Source: Polaribacter sp. (lineage in GTDB: Bacteria; Bacteroidota; Bacteroidia; Flavobacteriales; Flavobacteriaceae). Taken from it: a stretch of DNA of 64,000 nt. The position numbers were made by a program, and so were the translations under genes. This document shows, piece after piece, positions 1-10,612 of the stretch (position 1 is its first letter; every line of letters starts with the position of its first letter). The stretch covers positions 43,388 through 107,387 of the forward strand of contig JABAZI010000039.1 of assembly GCA_018608545.1 (NCBI GenBank), in the 5' to 3' direction. The notes below the pieces were generated by a model. The model was given only the letters and a program-made list of their open reading frames with translations, did not search any database and was not told where the DNA came from.

Positions 1-264
1 GAAGGTCTATAACAAGCGTTATTGTTAATTTAATATGAATATATCTTCTCCATTAAAACGATATGTATACACCGTTTTTTCTCCTTTTTTAACAACGCCA
101 TATTTTATGTAGCTATCTTCAGAAGATGAAATAGACAATTTACTTTTTTTGAATAATGATACCCATAAAGATCTTCCGAGGTTTGATTATTACTGCATGA
201 AAATATAATAAAACTCAATAACAATTATATAGAGCAGTTTTTCATCTTTTACCTTTGAGTTCGT

Positions 265-2109
265 TTAGTTGTTTTTTACCAAAACTTGTTTAGAAGTAAT
301 GTAGTCGTTTACAAATTCTTCTAAAATATTTAAAGGAATGGCTCCTTGTGCTATTACCACTTCATGAAAATCACGAATATCAAATTGATCTCCCAATGCA
401 TTTTTTGCTTTGGTACGCAATTCTAAAATTTTTAACATTCCAATTTTATAGGCTGTTGCTTGACTTGGCATTACAATGTGTCTTTCAACCATTTTAATGA
501 CATCTAATTCGGCATTGGGTGTGTTTTCAGTATAATATGCGATCCCTTCTTCGCGTGTCCATTTTTTAGCATGAATTCCGGTGTCTACAACCAATCTGCA
601 TGCTCTCCACAATTCCATCGCCAAACGACCGAAATCTGAATAAGGGTCTGCATAGAATCCCATTTCTTTTGGAATAAATTCAGAGTACAGACCCCACCCT
701 TCAGTGTAAGCTGTGTATCCACCAAATTTTCTAAACAAAGGGACTTCTTTTAGTTCTTGTTGAATTGCCAATTGCATGTGATGTCCTGGAATTCCCTCGT
801 GATAGGCCAATGCCTCCATTTGATATATAGGCATTGATTCCATATCATATAAATTTGCATAATAAATTCCTGGTCTAGAACCATCTGCAGCCGGACGATT
901 GTAAAATGCCTTTCCTGCTGATTTTTCTCGAAATGATTCTACTGCTTTTACAATGATGCTTGCCTTTGGTTTTGTAATAAAAATTTCGTCTAAGCGAGTC
1001 TCCATGCTATCGATCAAATTGACCGCTTTCTTTAAATAAGCAGCTTTTCCTTGTTTATCTGCTTTGTAATAAAACTGTTTGTCTGTTTTCATGAACTGAA
1101 AAAAATCTTGTAAAGTTCCTTTAAAACCAACTTTATTACGAATAATATTCATTTCTTTATGAATTCTAGCAACCTCACTCAATCCTATTTCGTGGATTTC
1201 ATTGGCTGTTAAATCTGTAGTTGTGGTTCTTTTTAATGCATTGTTATAGAACGCTTTCCCATCTGGGAACTTCCAAGCTCCATGATCTGAGTTTGCTCTT
1301 TCTTTTTGTTTTTTTATAAAAGAAATTAAGCTATTGTAGGCTGGTTTTACCGATGTTAACAGTGCCTGCTTTGCTAAAGTTTCTAAATTGGATTTTGTTT
1401 TAGTATCGATATCTAAGTTGCTTACTTTTTCAGAGAAGTCTTTTAATAAAGTACTTTTTTTATCAGCGTTGTCAAATGGTTTTCCTATTAATATATTTTC
1501 TGAATCTTCAATAACTTTGTTGAAGACAAACTTGGGAGGAACGATTCCTGCAGCTTCACGTGCTTCTAAATTTTTTATCAATTGAGTGAAGTATTTTTCA
1601 AATTCATTCAATCTAGAGATGTACGCATTTGCATCAGATATATCATCAATTCGATGCATATTAATTAAAAAGGCTGGTTTCCCCGATTGCGCTCCAAACA
1701 TTTGATTTACAGGGTAGTTGTATAATCTATATTTGTAATCGGCAATGTTATTTTCCACCTTTTTTTTAAATAATTTATAACTCAGCAACGCTTCTTTTGA
1801 AAGTGCTTCCACATTTACAGAATCTGTCAACCATATCAGCTCCTTTTTTTGTGAAGCTAATTTTTTAGCATCAGCTTCTGGTGAATCATTATCTAGTTTA
1901 TCATAGTCTTTTTTGATTCCAAGACTTGTTTGAAACTCAGGAGAAAGGTTCACCCGTTCTTCAAATGATTTTTCAAAAAAAGCATTGACTTTTTTTGATT
2001 CCGCAGTAATCTCATTTTCTGTATATATTCTTAGAGGTTCTTTTTTACAGGAAATAAATAAAGTAAAGGCACACAATGTGAGCAATGATTTATTAAATAA
2101 GTGGTTCAT
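265..2109 (-). CDS. DUF885-family lipoprotein (metallopeptidase-like)
   Basis: 614-aa ORF. N-terminal lipoprotein-type signal (LTLCAFTLFISC-KK). HEGIPGHH zinc-binding-like motif and length are typical of DUF885. Confidence 0.8.
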   Translation of the reverse strand: MNHLFNKSLLTLCAFTLFISCKKEPLRIYTENEITAESKKVNAFFEKSFEERVNLSPEFQTSLGIKKDYDKLDNDSPEADAKKLASQKKELIWLTDSVNVEALSKEALLSYKLFKKKVENNIADYKYRLYNYPVNQMFGAQSGKPAFLINMHRIDDISDANAYISRLNEFEKYFTQLIKNLEAREAAGIVPPKFVFNKVIEDSENILIGKPFDNADKKSTLLKDFSEKVSNLDIDTKTKSNLETLAKQALLTSVKPAYNSLISFIKKQKERANSDHGAWKFPDGKAFYNNALKRTTTTDLTANEIHEIGLSEVARIHKEMNIIRNKVGFKGTLQDFFQFMKTDKQFYYKADKQGKAAYLKKAVNLIDSMETRLDEIFITKPKASIIVKAVESFREKSAGKAFYNRPAADGSRPGIYYANLYDMESMPIYQMEALAYHEGIPGHHMQLAIQQELKEVPLFRKFGGYTAYTEGWGLYSEFIPKEMGFYADPYSDFGRLAMELWRACRLVVDTGIHAKKWTREEGIAYYTENTPNAELDVIKMVERHIVMPSQATAYKIGMLKILELRTKAKNALGDQFDIRDFHEVVIAQGAIPLNILEEFVNDYITSKQVLVKNN

Positions 2110-2318
2110 TTGTTTATTTTTTGTCGATATATTTTTATTTCTGTCTTATAAAATTTGAGAGGATTTTATTCGTATTCTCAATTTTATATCGAATGTAGAT
2201 CCCTAAATTTAATAAAACTTTAGGTAATGATCTCTGTAAATTTACTTTTTCTGAATTGGTTCTTTTTTTTATGTGTAAACCATCTTAAAAACTTGTCAAA
2301 TAAACTCTAATTAAGCTG

Positions 2319-2326
2319 TATATTTG
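2319..2326 (+). promoter_or_regulatory. Bacteroidota -7 promoter box TATATTTG upstream of rimO
   Basis: Exact match to TAnnTTTG, 19 nt before the rimO ATG. A TTG lies about 23 nt upstream. Confidence 0.45.
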
Positions 2327-2345
2327 CAACCATTAATAAAAAGAT

Positions 2346-3665
2346 ATGCGTACAAAAACCATTAAAAAAAATAAAATCAACGTTGTTACACTAGGTTGTT
2401 CAAAGAATATTTATGATTCTGAGATTTTAATGGGACAATTAAAAGCCAATGGCAAAGAGGTAGTTCACGAAGATGAAAATGATGATGGAAATATTGTAGT
2501 TATTAATACCTGTGGGTTTATTGGCAAAGCTAAAGAAGAATCGATTGATACTATTTTACATTATGCGCAAAGAAAAGAGGCGGGAGAAATAGATAAAGTT
2601 TTTGTTTCTGGTTGTTTAAGTGAACGTTATAAGCCAGATTTAGAAAAAGAAATATCAAATGTAGACCAATATTTTGGAACCCATGATTTACCAAATTTGT
2701 TAAAAGTTTTAGAAGCAGATTATAAGCATGAATTAATAGGAGAGCGCTTAACTACCACGCCAAAACATTATGCATATTTAAAAATTGCAGAAGGTTGCGA
2801 CAGACCTTGTTCGTTTTGTGCCATTCCATTAATGCGAGGTAAACATGTTTCTACTCCCATCGAGGATATTGTTACAGAGGCAACAAAATTGGCAGCTAAA
2901 GGGATAAAAGAAGTGATGTTGATTGCACAAGATTTAACCTATTACGGCCTAGATATTTATAAGAAAAGAGCTTTAGCAGCATTGTTAGAAGCTTTGGTGA
3001 AAGTAGATGGGATTGAATGGATTCGGATGCATTATGCATTTCCAACGGGTTTCCCTATGGATGTTTTAGAAGTGATGAAACGGGAACCTAAAGTCTGTAA
3101 TTATTTAGACATTCCATTACAGCACATTAACACCTCGTTGTTAAAATCGATGAAACGTGGAACAACTCACGAAAAAACAACGAATTTAATTCATAAGTTT
3201 AGAGAAGTAGTTCCAGAAATGGCAATAAGAACTACCTTAATTGTTGGGTATCCAGGTGAAACTCCTGAGATGTTTCAAGAATTAAAAGATTGGGTAGAAG
3301 AAATGCGTTTCGAACGTTTGGGGGCTTTTGAATATTCACACGAAGAAAATACAGGAGCTTATGTTTTAGAGGATGATGTAGCTGCTGAAGTAAAGTTTCA
3401 GCGTGTTAATGAAATCATGGAAGTGCAGTCTCAAATTTCTTGGGAGTTGAACCAACAAAAAATTGGAAAAACATTTCGTTGTTTATTTGATAGAAAAGAC
3501 GGAGAATATTTTTATGGTAGAACTGAGTATGATTCTCCAGACGTAGACAATGACGTTTTAGTAGATGCGCGCGAGCACTACATAAAAATTGGCGAATTTA
3601 TTGATATTAAAATTCACGAAGCGGGTGATTACGACTTGTATGGAACTCCCGTGAAGGAAGTTTAA
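2346..3665 (+). CDS. rimO: ribosomal protein S12 methylthiotransferase RimO
   Basis: 439 aa. N-terminal MTTase cysteines (LGCSKN, NTCGF, SGC), radical-SAM CDRPCSFC (CxxxCxxC) and a C-terminal TRAM-like region. Confidence 0.92.
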   Translation: MRTKTIKKNKINVVTLGCSKNIYDSEILMGQLKANGKEVVHEDENDDGNIVVINTCGFIGKAKEESIDTILHYAQRKEAGEIDKVFVSGCLSERYKPDLEKEISNVDQYFGTHDLPNLLKVLEADYKHELIGERLTTTPKHYAYLKIAEGCDRPCSFCAIPLMRGKHVSTPIEDIVTEATKLAAKGIKEVMLIAQDLTYYGLDIYKKRALAALLEALVKVDGIEWIRMHYAFPTGFPMDVLEVMKREPKVCNYLDIPLQHINTSLLKSMKRGTTHEKTTNLIHKFREVVPEMAIRTTLIVGYPGETPEMFQELKDWVEEMRFERLGAFEYSHEENTGAYVLEDDVAAEVKFQRVNEIMEVQSQISWELNQQKIGKTFRCLFDRKDGEYFYGRTEYDSPDVDNDVLVDAREHYIKIGEFIDIKIHEAGDYDLYGTPVKEV

Positions 3666-3800
3666 AATAAATCTATTATCCTTATTATTTTATATTTTCA
3701 TTTGTAATCTTTTTTAAACATTTAATTTTACGTTAATAAACCCATAAAGCGTAGAAAGATCCTATATTTACAAAACGTTTCAAAGAATGTAGCAAGAAGA

Positions 3801-5393
3801 ATGAAAGTAACACATATTCCTTTTCAAGAAACTAGATTTTTTTCCAAAACAATAATTGATTATTTGGAGAAAAAAAAATCCATACAACCTTATTACAATA
3901 ATTTTCCTGATATCACTGGGTTTCATAATCAAATAGAAGAAAAGCAAAAGTCATTTCGATTACAAACAAGAATGGTTCTGGTTGATGCTCTTAAAGCTCA
4001 AAACAACAAAATTAAAATTTCCGATAAGACAAACGAAAATATAGAAATTTTAAAGAAACAAAATTCATTTACAGTTACTACTGGTCACCAATTAAACTTA
4101 TTTACTGGACCTTTGTACTTTTTGTATAAAATTATTTCTACAATAAATATATGTGAAGAGCTAACAGAAAAATTTCCAAAACAGCACTTTGTTCCAATGT
4201 ATTGGATGGCTTCAGAAGATCATGATTTTGATGAAATTAATTATTTTAATTTTGAAGGAAAAAAAGTTGCATGGAATAGAAAAGATGGGGGTGCTGTTGG
4301 AAGATTCTCAACAGACGGACTAGCGTCTGTTTTTAAAGTATTTGCAAGCCAACTAGGAAATTCTGTAAATGCAGAGTTCGTAAAAAAACTATTTTCAGAA
4401 GCCTATTTAAAACATCAAAACTTAGCAGAGGCAACCCGTTATATTGCCAATGAATTATTTTCTGAGACTGGTTTGGTGATTATTGATGGTGATGATATAA
4501 CGTTGAAAGAATTATTCAGCCCAATTGTAAAGGAGGAATTAGAAAATCAAACGTCATTCAATTCGGTTTCAAAAACAATTTCTACTTTAAAGGAAGATTA
4601 TAAAATTCAAGTAAATCCAAGAAAATTGAATTTGTTTTATGTGGGTGATAATTTTAGAGAACGCATTATTTTAGAGAACGGAGTGTATTCTGTAAATAAT
4701 ACTTCAATGAAGTTTTCTAAAACTGAAATTTTAAAAGAAGTTGATAAAAACCCTCTTGCATTTTCTCCAAATGTTATTATGAGACCTTTGTACCAAGAAG
4801 TAGTTTTACCTAATATTTGTTATGTTGGAGGTGGAGGAGAAATCGCTTATTGGTTAGAATTAAAAGACTATTTTAAGGAAGCAGAAATTCCTTTTCCAAT
4901 ATTATTATTAAGAAATTCTGTACAAATACTAACAAAAAAACAACAGGATAAACTGAAGAGTTTAAACATCTCACACAGTGAATTGTTTTTAGAACAGGAT
5001 CAATTACTATCAAAAAAAGTAATCGAAAATTCTGAAATTAAAATTGATTTTGCTAAAAAAATCAATTATTTAAAAAATCAATTTACAGACTTAAAACAAG
5101 TAGCAAAAAACACAGATGTCTCTTTTGTTGGAGCAGTTAATGCTCAGGAAAACAAGCAAATAAAAGGGTTGCAAAATCTTGAGAAACGCTTGTTAAGAGC
5201 CGAAAAGAGAAGGCAAAAAGAGTTGGTGTTTCGCATTAAAGAGCTTCAAAATCAATTGATACCTAACTACGGTCTAGAAGAACGTCAACGTAATTTTTCT
5301 GAATACTATATAGCACATGGTCCCTCATTTTTAAAAGCGTTACAAGGTGCTTTAAAACCTTTACAATTAGAGTTTACTATCCTAGAGTTATAA
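3801..5393 (+). CDS. bshC: bacillithiol biosynthesis cysteine-adding enzyme BshC
   Basis: 530 aa. N-terminal TGHQLNLFTGPLYFLYKI motif and C-terminal coiled-coil region are characteristic of BshC. The stop overlaps the rlmF start (TAATG). Confidence 0.8.
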   Translation: MKVTHIPFQETRFFSKTIIDYLEKKKSIQPYYNNFPDITGFHNQIEEKQKSFRLQTRMVLVDALKAQNNKIKISDKTNENIEILKKQNSFTVTTGHQLNLFTGPLYFLYKIISTINICEELTEKFPKQHFVPMYWMASEDHDFDEINYFNFEGKKVAWNRKDGGAVGRFSTDGLASVFKVFASQLGNSVNAEFVKKLFSEAYLKHQNLAEATRYIANELFSETGLVIIDGDDITLKELFSPIVKEELENQTSFNSVSKTISTLKEDYKIQVNPRKLNLFYVGDNFRERIILENGVYSVNNTSMKFSKTEILKEVDKNPLAFSPNVIMRPLYQEVVLPNICYVGGGGEIAYWLELKDYFKEAEIPFPILLLRNSVQILTKKQQDKLKSLNISHSELFLEQDQLLSKKVIENSEIKIDFAKKINYLKNQFTDLKQVAKNTDVSFVGAVNAQENKQIKGLQNLEKRLLRAEKRRQKELVFRIKELQNQLIPNYGLEERQRNFSEYYIAHGPSFLKALQGALKPLQLEFTILEL

Positions 5394-6247
5394 TGAAAGA
5401 AAAAGGTTTACATCCAAAAAATAAATTCAACAAAGGATATGATTTTGAGAAACTCATCATAGATAATCCGATTTTAAAAGACTTTGTTTTTAAGAATTCA
5501 TATGAAAATTTGAGTATTGATTTTTCTAATCCTGACGCTGTGAAAGAATTGAATAAAGGATTGCTCTTTTCTTTTGATAAAATTTCTGTTTGGGATTTTC
5601 CTGATGAAAATCTATGCCCACCAATTCCTGGACGTTTGGATTATATTCATCATTTGGCAGATTTATTATCATCAGAAGAGCCGATAAAAATTCTTGATAT
5701 CGGTACTGGAGCAACTTGTATATATCCTTTACTAGGAGTGGCATCATTTGATTGGAAATTTGTTGCAACAGATATTGATCTAGATTCTTTAGATACAGCT
5801 CAAGACATTATAGATGATAATAATTTAGATGCTTCTATTAAATTACGTCAACAGTTTGACGAAAACAACATTTTAAAAGGTGTTTTAGAAGAAGATGATT
5901 CTTTCTCTGCAGTGATGTGTAATCCACCATTTTATAAATCTGCTGAAGAGGCTAGAGGTGCAAATAGAAGAAAAACTAGAAATCTTGGAAATAATAGTGT
6001 GAGAAATTTTGCTGGAAACAACAATGAATTATGGTATGTAGGTGGAGAAAAAGCTTTTTTACACAATTACCTGTATGAAAGTTCCCTTTTTAAAGATAAA
6101 AGCACCTGGTTTACAAGTTTGGTTTCTAAAAAAGAAAATGTAGAAAGTCTTGAAAAATCCTCTAAAAAATTAGGAGCAACTGCATTTAAAGTAATTCCAA
6201 TGCATCAAGGAAACAAAGTAACCAGAATTGTTTGTTGGAAATATTAG
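5393..6247 (+). CDS. rlmF: 23S rRNA (adenine1618-N6)-methyltransferase RlmF
   Basis: 284 aa. SAM-binding LDIGTGATCIYPLLG, catalytic NPPF (CNPPFY), and an N-terminal LHPKNKF..YDF motif typical of RlmF. Confidence 0.88.
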   Translation: MKEKGLHPKNKFNKGYDFEKLIIDNPILKDFVFKNSYENLSIDFSNPDAVKELNKGLLFSFDKISVWDFPDENLCPPIPGRLDYIHHLADLLSSEEPIKILDIGTGATCIYPLLGVASFDWKFVATDIDLDSLDTAQDIIDDNNLDASIKLRQQFDENNILKGVLEEDDSFSAVMCNPPFYKSAEEARGANRRKTRNLGNNSVRNFAGNNNELWYVGGEKAFLHNYLYESSLFKDKSTWFTSLVSKKENVESLEKSSKKLGATAFKVIPMHQGNKVTRIVCWKY

Positions 6248-6287
6248 CCAAAAATAACGTTAATCAATATACAATTTCTTAAATACG

Positions 6288-6325
6288 AAACAACCCGAAG
6301 CTTATTGCTTCGGGTTGTTTATTTT
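6288..6325. terminator. bidirectional rho-independent terminator between rlmF and lpdA
   Basis: 14-bp perfect stem AAACAACCCGAAGC / GCTTCGGGTTGTTT, loop TTATT, with T-run and A-run flanks. It lies between convergent genes. Confidence 0.9.
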
Positions 6326-6368
6326 AGTTGGTATTTCTATGCTTACTTCACAGAAGATACATCGTCTG

Positions 6369-7757
6369 TTATAAATGGATAACTTCATCATAAGCATCAG
6401 CTACAGCCTCCATTACTGCTTCACTCATGGTAGGGTGTGGATGAATTGTTTTTAAAACTTCATGTCCTGTTGTTTCTAGTTTACGTCCCAAAACTGCTTC
6501 TGCAATCATGTCGGTAACTCCAGCACCAATCATGTGACAACCTAACCATTCTCCATATTTTGCATCAAAAATAACCTTTACAAATCCATCTGTTGTTCCG
6601 GCAGCTGTTGCCTTTCCAGAGGCTGAAAAAGGAAATTTTCCTACTTTTAATTCGTAACCTGCTTCTTTTGCTTTTGCTTCTGTCATTCCAACAGAGGCTA
6701 TTTCTGGAGTCGCATAGGTACATCCAGGAACATTACCATAATCGATAGGTTCTGTATGTAAACCTGCTAACTTTTCAACACAAGTTATTCCTTCCGCAGA
6801 AGCAACATGTGCTAAAGCTTGACCAGGAACTACGTCTCCGATTGCGTAATATCCAGGGATATTTGTTTGGTAAAAATCGTTTACTAAAATTTTATCTCTA
6901 TCGACAATAATACCTACATCTTCTAATCCAATATTTTCGATATTTGATTTAATTCCTACTGCTGAAAGTACGACATCCGCTTCAAGTGTTTTTTCTCCAT
7001 TTTTTGTCTTTACAGTTGCAATTACACCTTTACCAGAGGTGTCAACTGATTCTACAGAAGAATTGGTCATTACTTTTATTCCTGCTTTTTTTATAGAGCG
7101 TTCAAATTGTTTTGAGATATCTACATCTTCGACAGGGACTATATTCGGCATGTATTCTACAAGTGTAACTTCTGTACCCATACTATTGTAGAAATGTGCA
7201 AATTCAACTCCAATTGCTCCTGAACCTACAACAATCATAGATTTAGGTTGACTCGGAAGCGTCATCGCTTTTCGATATCCAATGACCTTTACTCCGTCTT
7301 GAGGTAAGTTGGGTAATTCTCTCGAACGTGCACCGGTTGCAATAATAATTGAATCTGCATTGTATTCTGTTACGGTTCCATTTTCAGCGGTAACCTCAAC
7401 TTTTTTACCTGTTTTTATTTTTCCAAAACCATCAATAATATCGATTTTGTTCTTTTTCATTAAGAAGGCAACTCCTTTACTCATTCCCTCTGCGACTCCA
7501 CGACTTCTTTTAATGACAGCATCAAAGTCTTTGTCAATCGCCTCAGCTTTTAAACCGTATTGATCTACATGTTTTAAATAATCATAAACTTGCGCAGATT
7601 TTAACAACGCTTTTGTTGGGATACACCCCCAGTTTAAGCAGATTCCTCCAAGAGATTCTTTTTCTACAATGGCAACTTTAAAGCCTAGTTGAGAAGCTCT
7701 AATTCCTGTTACATATCCTCCAGGTCCACTTCCTATGATAATGATGTCGTATTTCAT
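6369..7757 (-). CDS. lpdA: dihydrolipoyl dehydrogenase
   Basis: 462 aa. FAD motif IIGSGPGG, redox-active disulfide CLNWGCIPTK, C-terminal HPHPTMSE. Confidence 0.95.
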   Translation of the reverse strand: MKYDIIIIGSGPGGYVTGIRASQLGFKVAIVEKESLGGICLNWGCIPTKALLKSAQVYDYLKHVDQYGLKAEAIDKDFDAVIKRSRGVAEGMSKGVAFLMKKNKIDIIDGFGKIKTGKKVEVTAENGTVTEYNADSIIIATGARSRELPNLPQDGVKVIGYRKAMTLPSQPKSMIVVGSGAIGVEFAHFYNSMGTEVTLVEYMPNIVPVEDVDISKQFERSIKKAGIKVMTNSSVESVDTSGKGVIATVKTKNGEKTLEADVVLSAVGIKSNIENIGLEDVGIIVDRDKILVNDFYQTNIPGYYAIGDVVPGQALAHVASAEGITCVEKLAGLHTEPIDYGNVPGCTYATPEIASVGMTEAKAKEAGYELKVGKFPFSASGKATAAGTTDGFVKVIFDAKYGEWLGCHMIGAGVTDMIAEAVLGRKLETTGHEVLKTIHPHPTMSEAVMEAVADAYDEVIHL

Positions 7758-7794
7758 AATTGTATTTTATCTAATATTGGTGTTGTTTGTTGTG

Positions 7795-7802
7795 CAAATC
7801 TA
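7795..7802 (-). promoter_or_regulatory. -7 box TAGATTTG upstream of lpdA
   Basis: Exact TAnnTTTG on the minus strand, 37 nt upstream of the lpdA ATG. Confidence 0.4.
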
Positions 7803-7841
7803 ATCAATAATCATAAATTTACCTCAAAACTTATTTTCTAT

Positions 7842-9620
7842 TTACATTCTTTCAGGAACTTCAATTCCTAGCAATAAAAATGCTTGTTTTATAGTATCAG
7901 CTACTTTTTTTGACAACTGAACTCTAATTATTTTTTTATCTTGTTCTTTTTCTCCAAGAATCGATACATTTTGATAAAACGAGTTGAATTCTTTTACCAA
8001 ATCATAAGTATAATTTGCAATAATAGCAGGCGAAAAATTAGCTGCGGCTTGTTGAATTACTTCAGGAAATAACTCCAATTGTTTTATCAATTCTTTTTCC
8101 TTTTCGTGCAGTTCTATAGTATTAATTGGTCCTGAATAATCAAAATCAGCTTTTCTAATGATAGATTGAATTCGAGCATAAGTGTATTGAATAAAAGGCC
8201 CTGTATTCCCCTGAAAATCTACGGAAGATTTTGGATCAAATAAAATTCTTTTTTTAGGATCTACTTTTAGTATGAAATACTTTAAAGCACCCAGACCGAT
8301 AGTCTTGTATAGTGCTTTTTTTTCTTGTTCAGTGTAGCCATCTAATTTACCCAACTCATCAGATATTTCTTTAGCTGTTGTGCTCATTTCGACAATTAAA
8401 TCATCGGCGTCTACAACAGTTCCTTCTCTAGATTTCATTTTTCCAGAAGGTAAATCTACCATTCCATAACTCAAATGGAATAAGCTTTTCGACCAAGAAT
8501 ACCCGAGTTTTTTAAGAATTAAAAAAAGTACTTTAAAATGATAATCTTGTTCATTTCCAACGGTATAAACCATCCCATTAACATCGGGCATGTCTTTTGA
8601 ACGCTGAATAGCGGTACCAATATCTTGTGTTATGTATACTGCGGTTCCATCGGAGCGCAAGACTAATTTTTCATCCAAACCTTCATCACTCAAATCACAC
8701 CATATAGAGCCATCTTCTTTTTGGAAGAATACGCCAGATTTTAGCCCTTTATCAATACTGTCTTTTCCTAATAAATACGTGTTGCTTTCGTAATATAATT
8801 TGTCAAAATCTACTCCTAAATTTTTATAGGTTACGTCAAAACCACGATATACCCACTGATTCATTTCTTTCCAAAGAGCTAGCACTTGTTTGTCTCCAGC
8901 TTCCCATTTTAATAACATTTCCTGCGCCTGTAATATAAGTGGTGCTTGTTTTTTTGCATTTTCTTCAGAAAGTCCCGAGGCAACTAGTTGCGCAATCTCT
9001 TTTTTGTATTCCTGATCGAATTTCACATAATAATTACCAACCAACTTATCTCCCTTTAATCCTGTTGATTCTGGAGTTTCTCCATTTCCAAATTTTTCCC
9101 AAGCAAGCATCGATTTACAAATATGAATTCCACGATCATTAATGATTTGGGTTTTGTATACTTTTTTTCCAGAAGCCTTGATAATTTCTGCAACAGAATA
9201 CCCTAACAAATTATTACGAACATGTCCTAAATGCAATGGTTTATTTGTGTTTGGTGAAGAATATTCAACTAAAACAGCTTCTTCATTCTTTTTTGGATAG
9301 GTGTACCCAAAAGTGGTATCCGTGTAGATAGAATTGAAGAAATTAAGATAGAAAGTATCTTTGATAACAAGGTTTAAGAAACCTTTCACAACATTATAAC
9401 CAGAAACCTCTGAAACGTTCTCAACGATATAATTACCGATATCTTCTCCTATTTGAACTGGATTTCCTTTTTTGTATCGCAACATCGGAAAAACTACGAC
9501 TGTAATATCTCCCTCAAATTCTTTTCTTGTTGCTTGGAATTCGACAGACGGAATTTCTGTATTGTAGATTGCTAAAAAACCTTCTTTTACTTTGGTTTCT
9601 ATGATGTTTTGAATATTCAT
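7842..9620 (-). CDS. argS: arginine--tRNA ligase
   Basis: Class I HIGH-type motif PLHLGHVRN and an MKSR (KMSKS-like) motif. I place the start at the ATG at 9620 (MNIQNII...). The ORF-track TTG start at 9644 lies inside a TAATTTTG promoter box. Confidence 0.92.
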   Translation of the reverse strand: MNIQNIIETKVKEGFLAIYNTEIPSVEFQATRKEFEGDITVVVFPMLRYKKGNPVQIGEDIGNYIVENVSEVSGYNVVKGFLNLVIKDTFYLNFFNSIYTDTTFGYTYPKKNEEAVLVEYSSPNTNKPLHLGHVRNNLLGYSVAEIIKASGKKVYKTQIINDRGIHICKSMLAWEKFGNGETPESTGLKGDKLVGNYYVKFDQEYKKEIAQLVASGLSEENAKKQAPLILQAQEMLLKWEAGDKQVLALWKEMNQWVYRGFDVTYKNLGVDFDKLYYESNTYLLGKDSIDKGLKSGVFFQKEDGSIWCDLSDEGLDEKLVLRSDGTAVYITQDIGTAIQRSKDMPDVNGMVYTVGNEQDYHFKVLFLILKKLGYSWSKSLFHLSYGMVDLPSGKMKSREGTVVDADDLIVEMSTTAKEISDELGKLDGYTEQEKKALYKTIGLGALKYFILKVDPKKRILFDPKSSVDFQGNTGPFIQYTYARIQSIIRKADFDYSGPINTIELHEKEKELIKQLELFPEVIQQAAANFSPAIIANYTYDLVKEFNSFYQNVSILGEKEQDKKIIRVQLSKKVADTIKQAFLLLGIEVPERM

Positions 9621-9641
9621 TGATTGCAAAAAATTGAATTG

Positions 9642-9649
9642 CAAAATTA
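9642..9649 (-). promoter_or_regulatory. -7 box TAATTTTG upstream of argS
   Basis: Exact TAnnTTTG on the minus strand, 21 nt upstream of the ATG at 9620. Confidence 0.45.
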
Positions 9650-9829
9650 AACATTTTTATTTGTTTTTTTGAATGATTTTTGCTCAAGAATAATTGTATT
9701 TTTACAAAACGAATTAGGCTTGTAAAACTCCTTACAATTGAAAGGTGTTATTGCTTAGTTAATGAGTACTGTAATCAATTTTATTTTGATTAAAATCAGT
9801 ACATAAAGTTTATAGAAAACCAATTTTAC

Positions 9830-10354
9830 ATGGAAAAACATTTAGAAAACCTTCCAAAATTAGCTCAAGATGCTCACAAAGAAAATAAAAAGTATTTTGC
9901 AAACTTAAGAAAGAGAACCCCTAGAGATTTGGATTATGTAATGCAAGACTTACACGATAAAGAATTTGCAAAAACGGATTGTTTAGAGTGTGGTAATTGT
10001 TGTAAAACAACTTCCCCAATATTTACTGATAAAGATACAGAACGGATTTCTAAACATTTAAAAATGAAAGTCTTTGATTTTAAAAACCAATATTTAGAAA
10101 GAGACCAAGATGATTTTATGGTTTTAAAAACAGCACCTTGTTCATTTTTTGATGATAAAGATAATACCTGTTTTATTTACGATGTTCGTCCAAAAGCATG
10201 TTCAGAATATCCGCATACAAATAGAAGAAAATTCATTCAAATTACAGATTTAACGATCGCTAATACAGCTATTTGTCCTGCAACTTATAATATAGTTGAA
10301 GCTCTAAAAAAGCATTATCCCTTTGAACCCAACAAGAAAATCAAAAGGAGTTAA
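9830..10354 (+). CDS. YkgJ-family cysteine-cluster protein (UPF0153)
   Basis: 174 aa. CLECGNCC (CxxCxxCC) plus downstream C..C..C residues typical of this family. Confidence 0.75.
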   Translation: MEKHLENLPKLAQDAHKENKKYFANLRKRTPRDLDYVMQDLHDKEFAKTDCLECGNCCKTTSPIFTDKDTERISKHLKMKVFDFKNQYLERDQDDFMVLKTAPCSFFDDKDNTCFIYDVRPKACSEYPHTNRRKFIQITDLTIANTAICPATYNIVEALKKHYPFEPNKKIKRS

Positions 10355-10482
10355 CATGCATTTAGCGATAAAGTATTTTGAAAATAATATCTCAAATAAG
10401 ATTTTGGCACAATAATTGTAATTACTAAAATGAAGATTTTAGTGAACGATCTTCATTGTGTTTATTATTTGAATTAGTTAAT

Positions 10483-10512
10483 AAAAACCATCTTGAAAGA
10501 GATGGTTTTTTT
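10483..10512 (+). terminator. rho-independent terminator
   Basis: Stem AAAAACCATCT / AGATGGTTTTT, loop TGAAAG, followed by a T-run. It lies in the convergent gap between ykgJ-like and the CBS-like gene. Confidence 0.75.
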
Positions 10513-10612
10513 ATGAATTCAAATAAAATATAGAAACCATAATTTTATTTTTTAATTGCAGATGTTTAGTCTTCCTATTTTTTTCTTCACCTACCTCAAG
10601 TCCCTATATTTT

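Noticed and set aside
9766-9802. Imperfect hairpin GTACTG-TAATCAA-ttttatt-TTGATTA-aaat-CAGTAC, 28 nt upstream of the ykgJ-like gene
   Set aside because: The stem is mostly A/T with an internal bulge. It resembles no riboswitch or terminator class I know, and it could be a chance palindrome.
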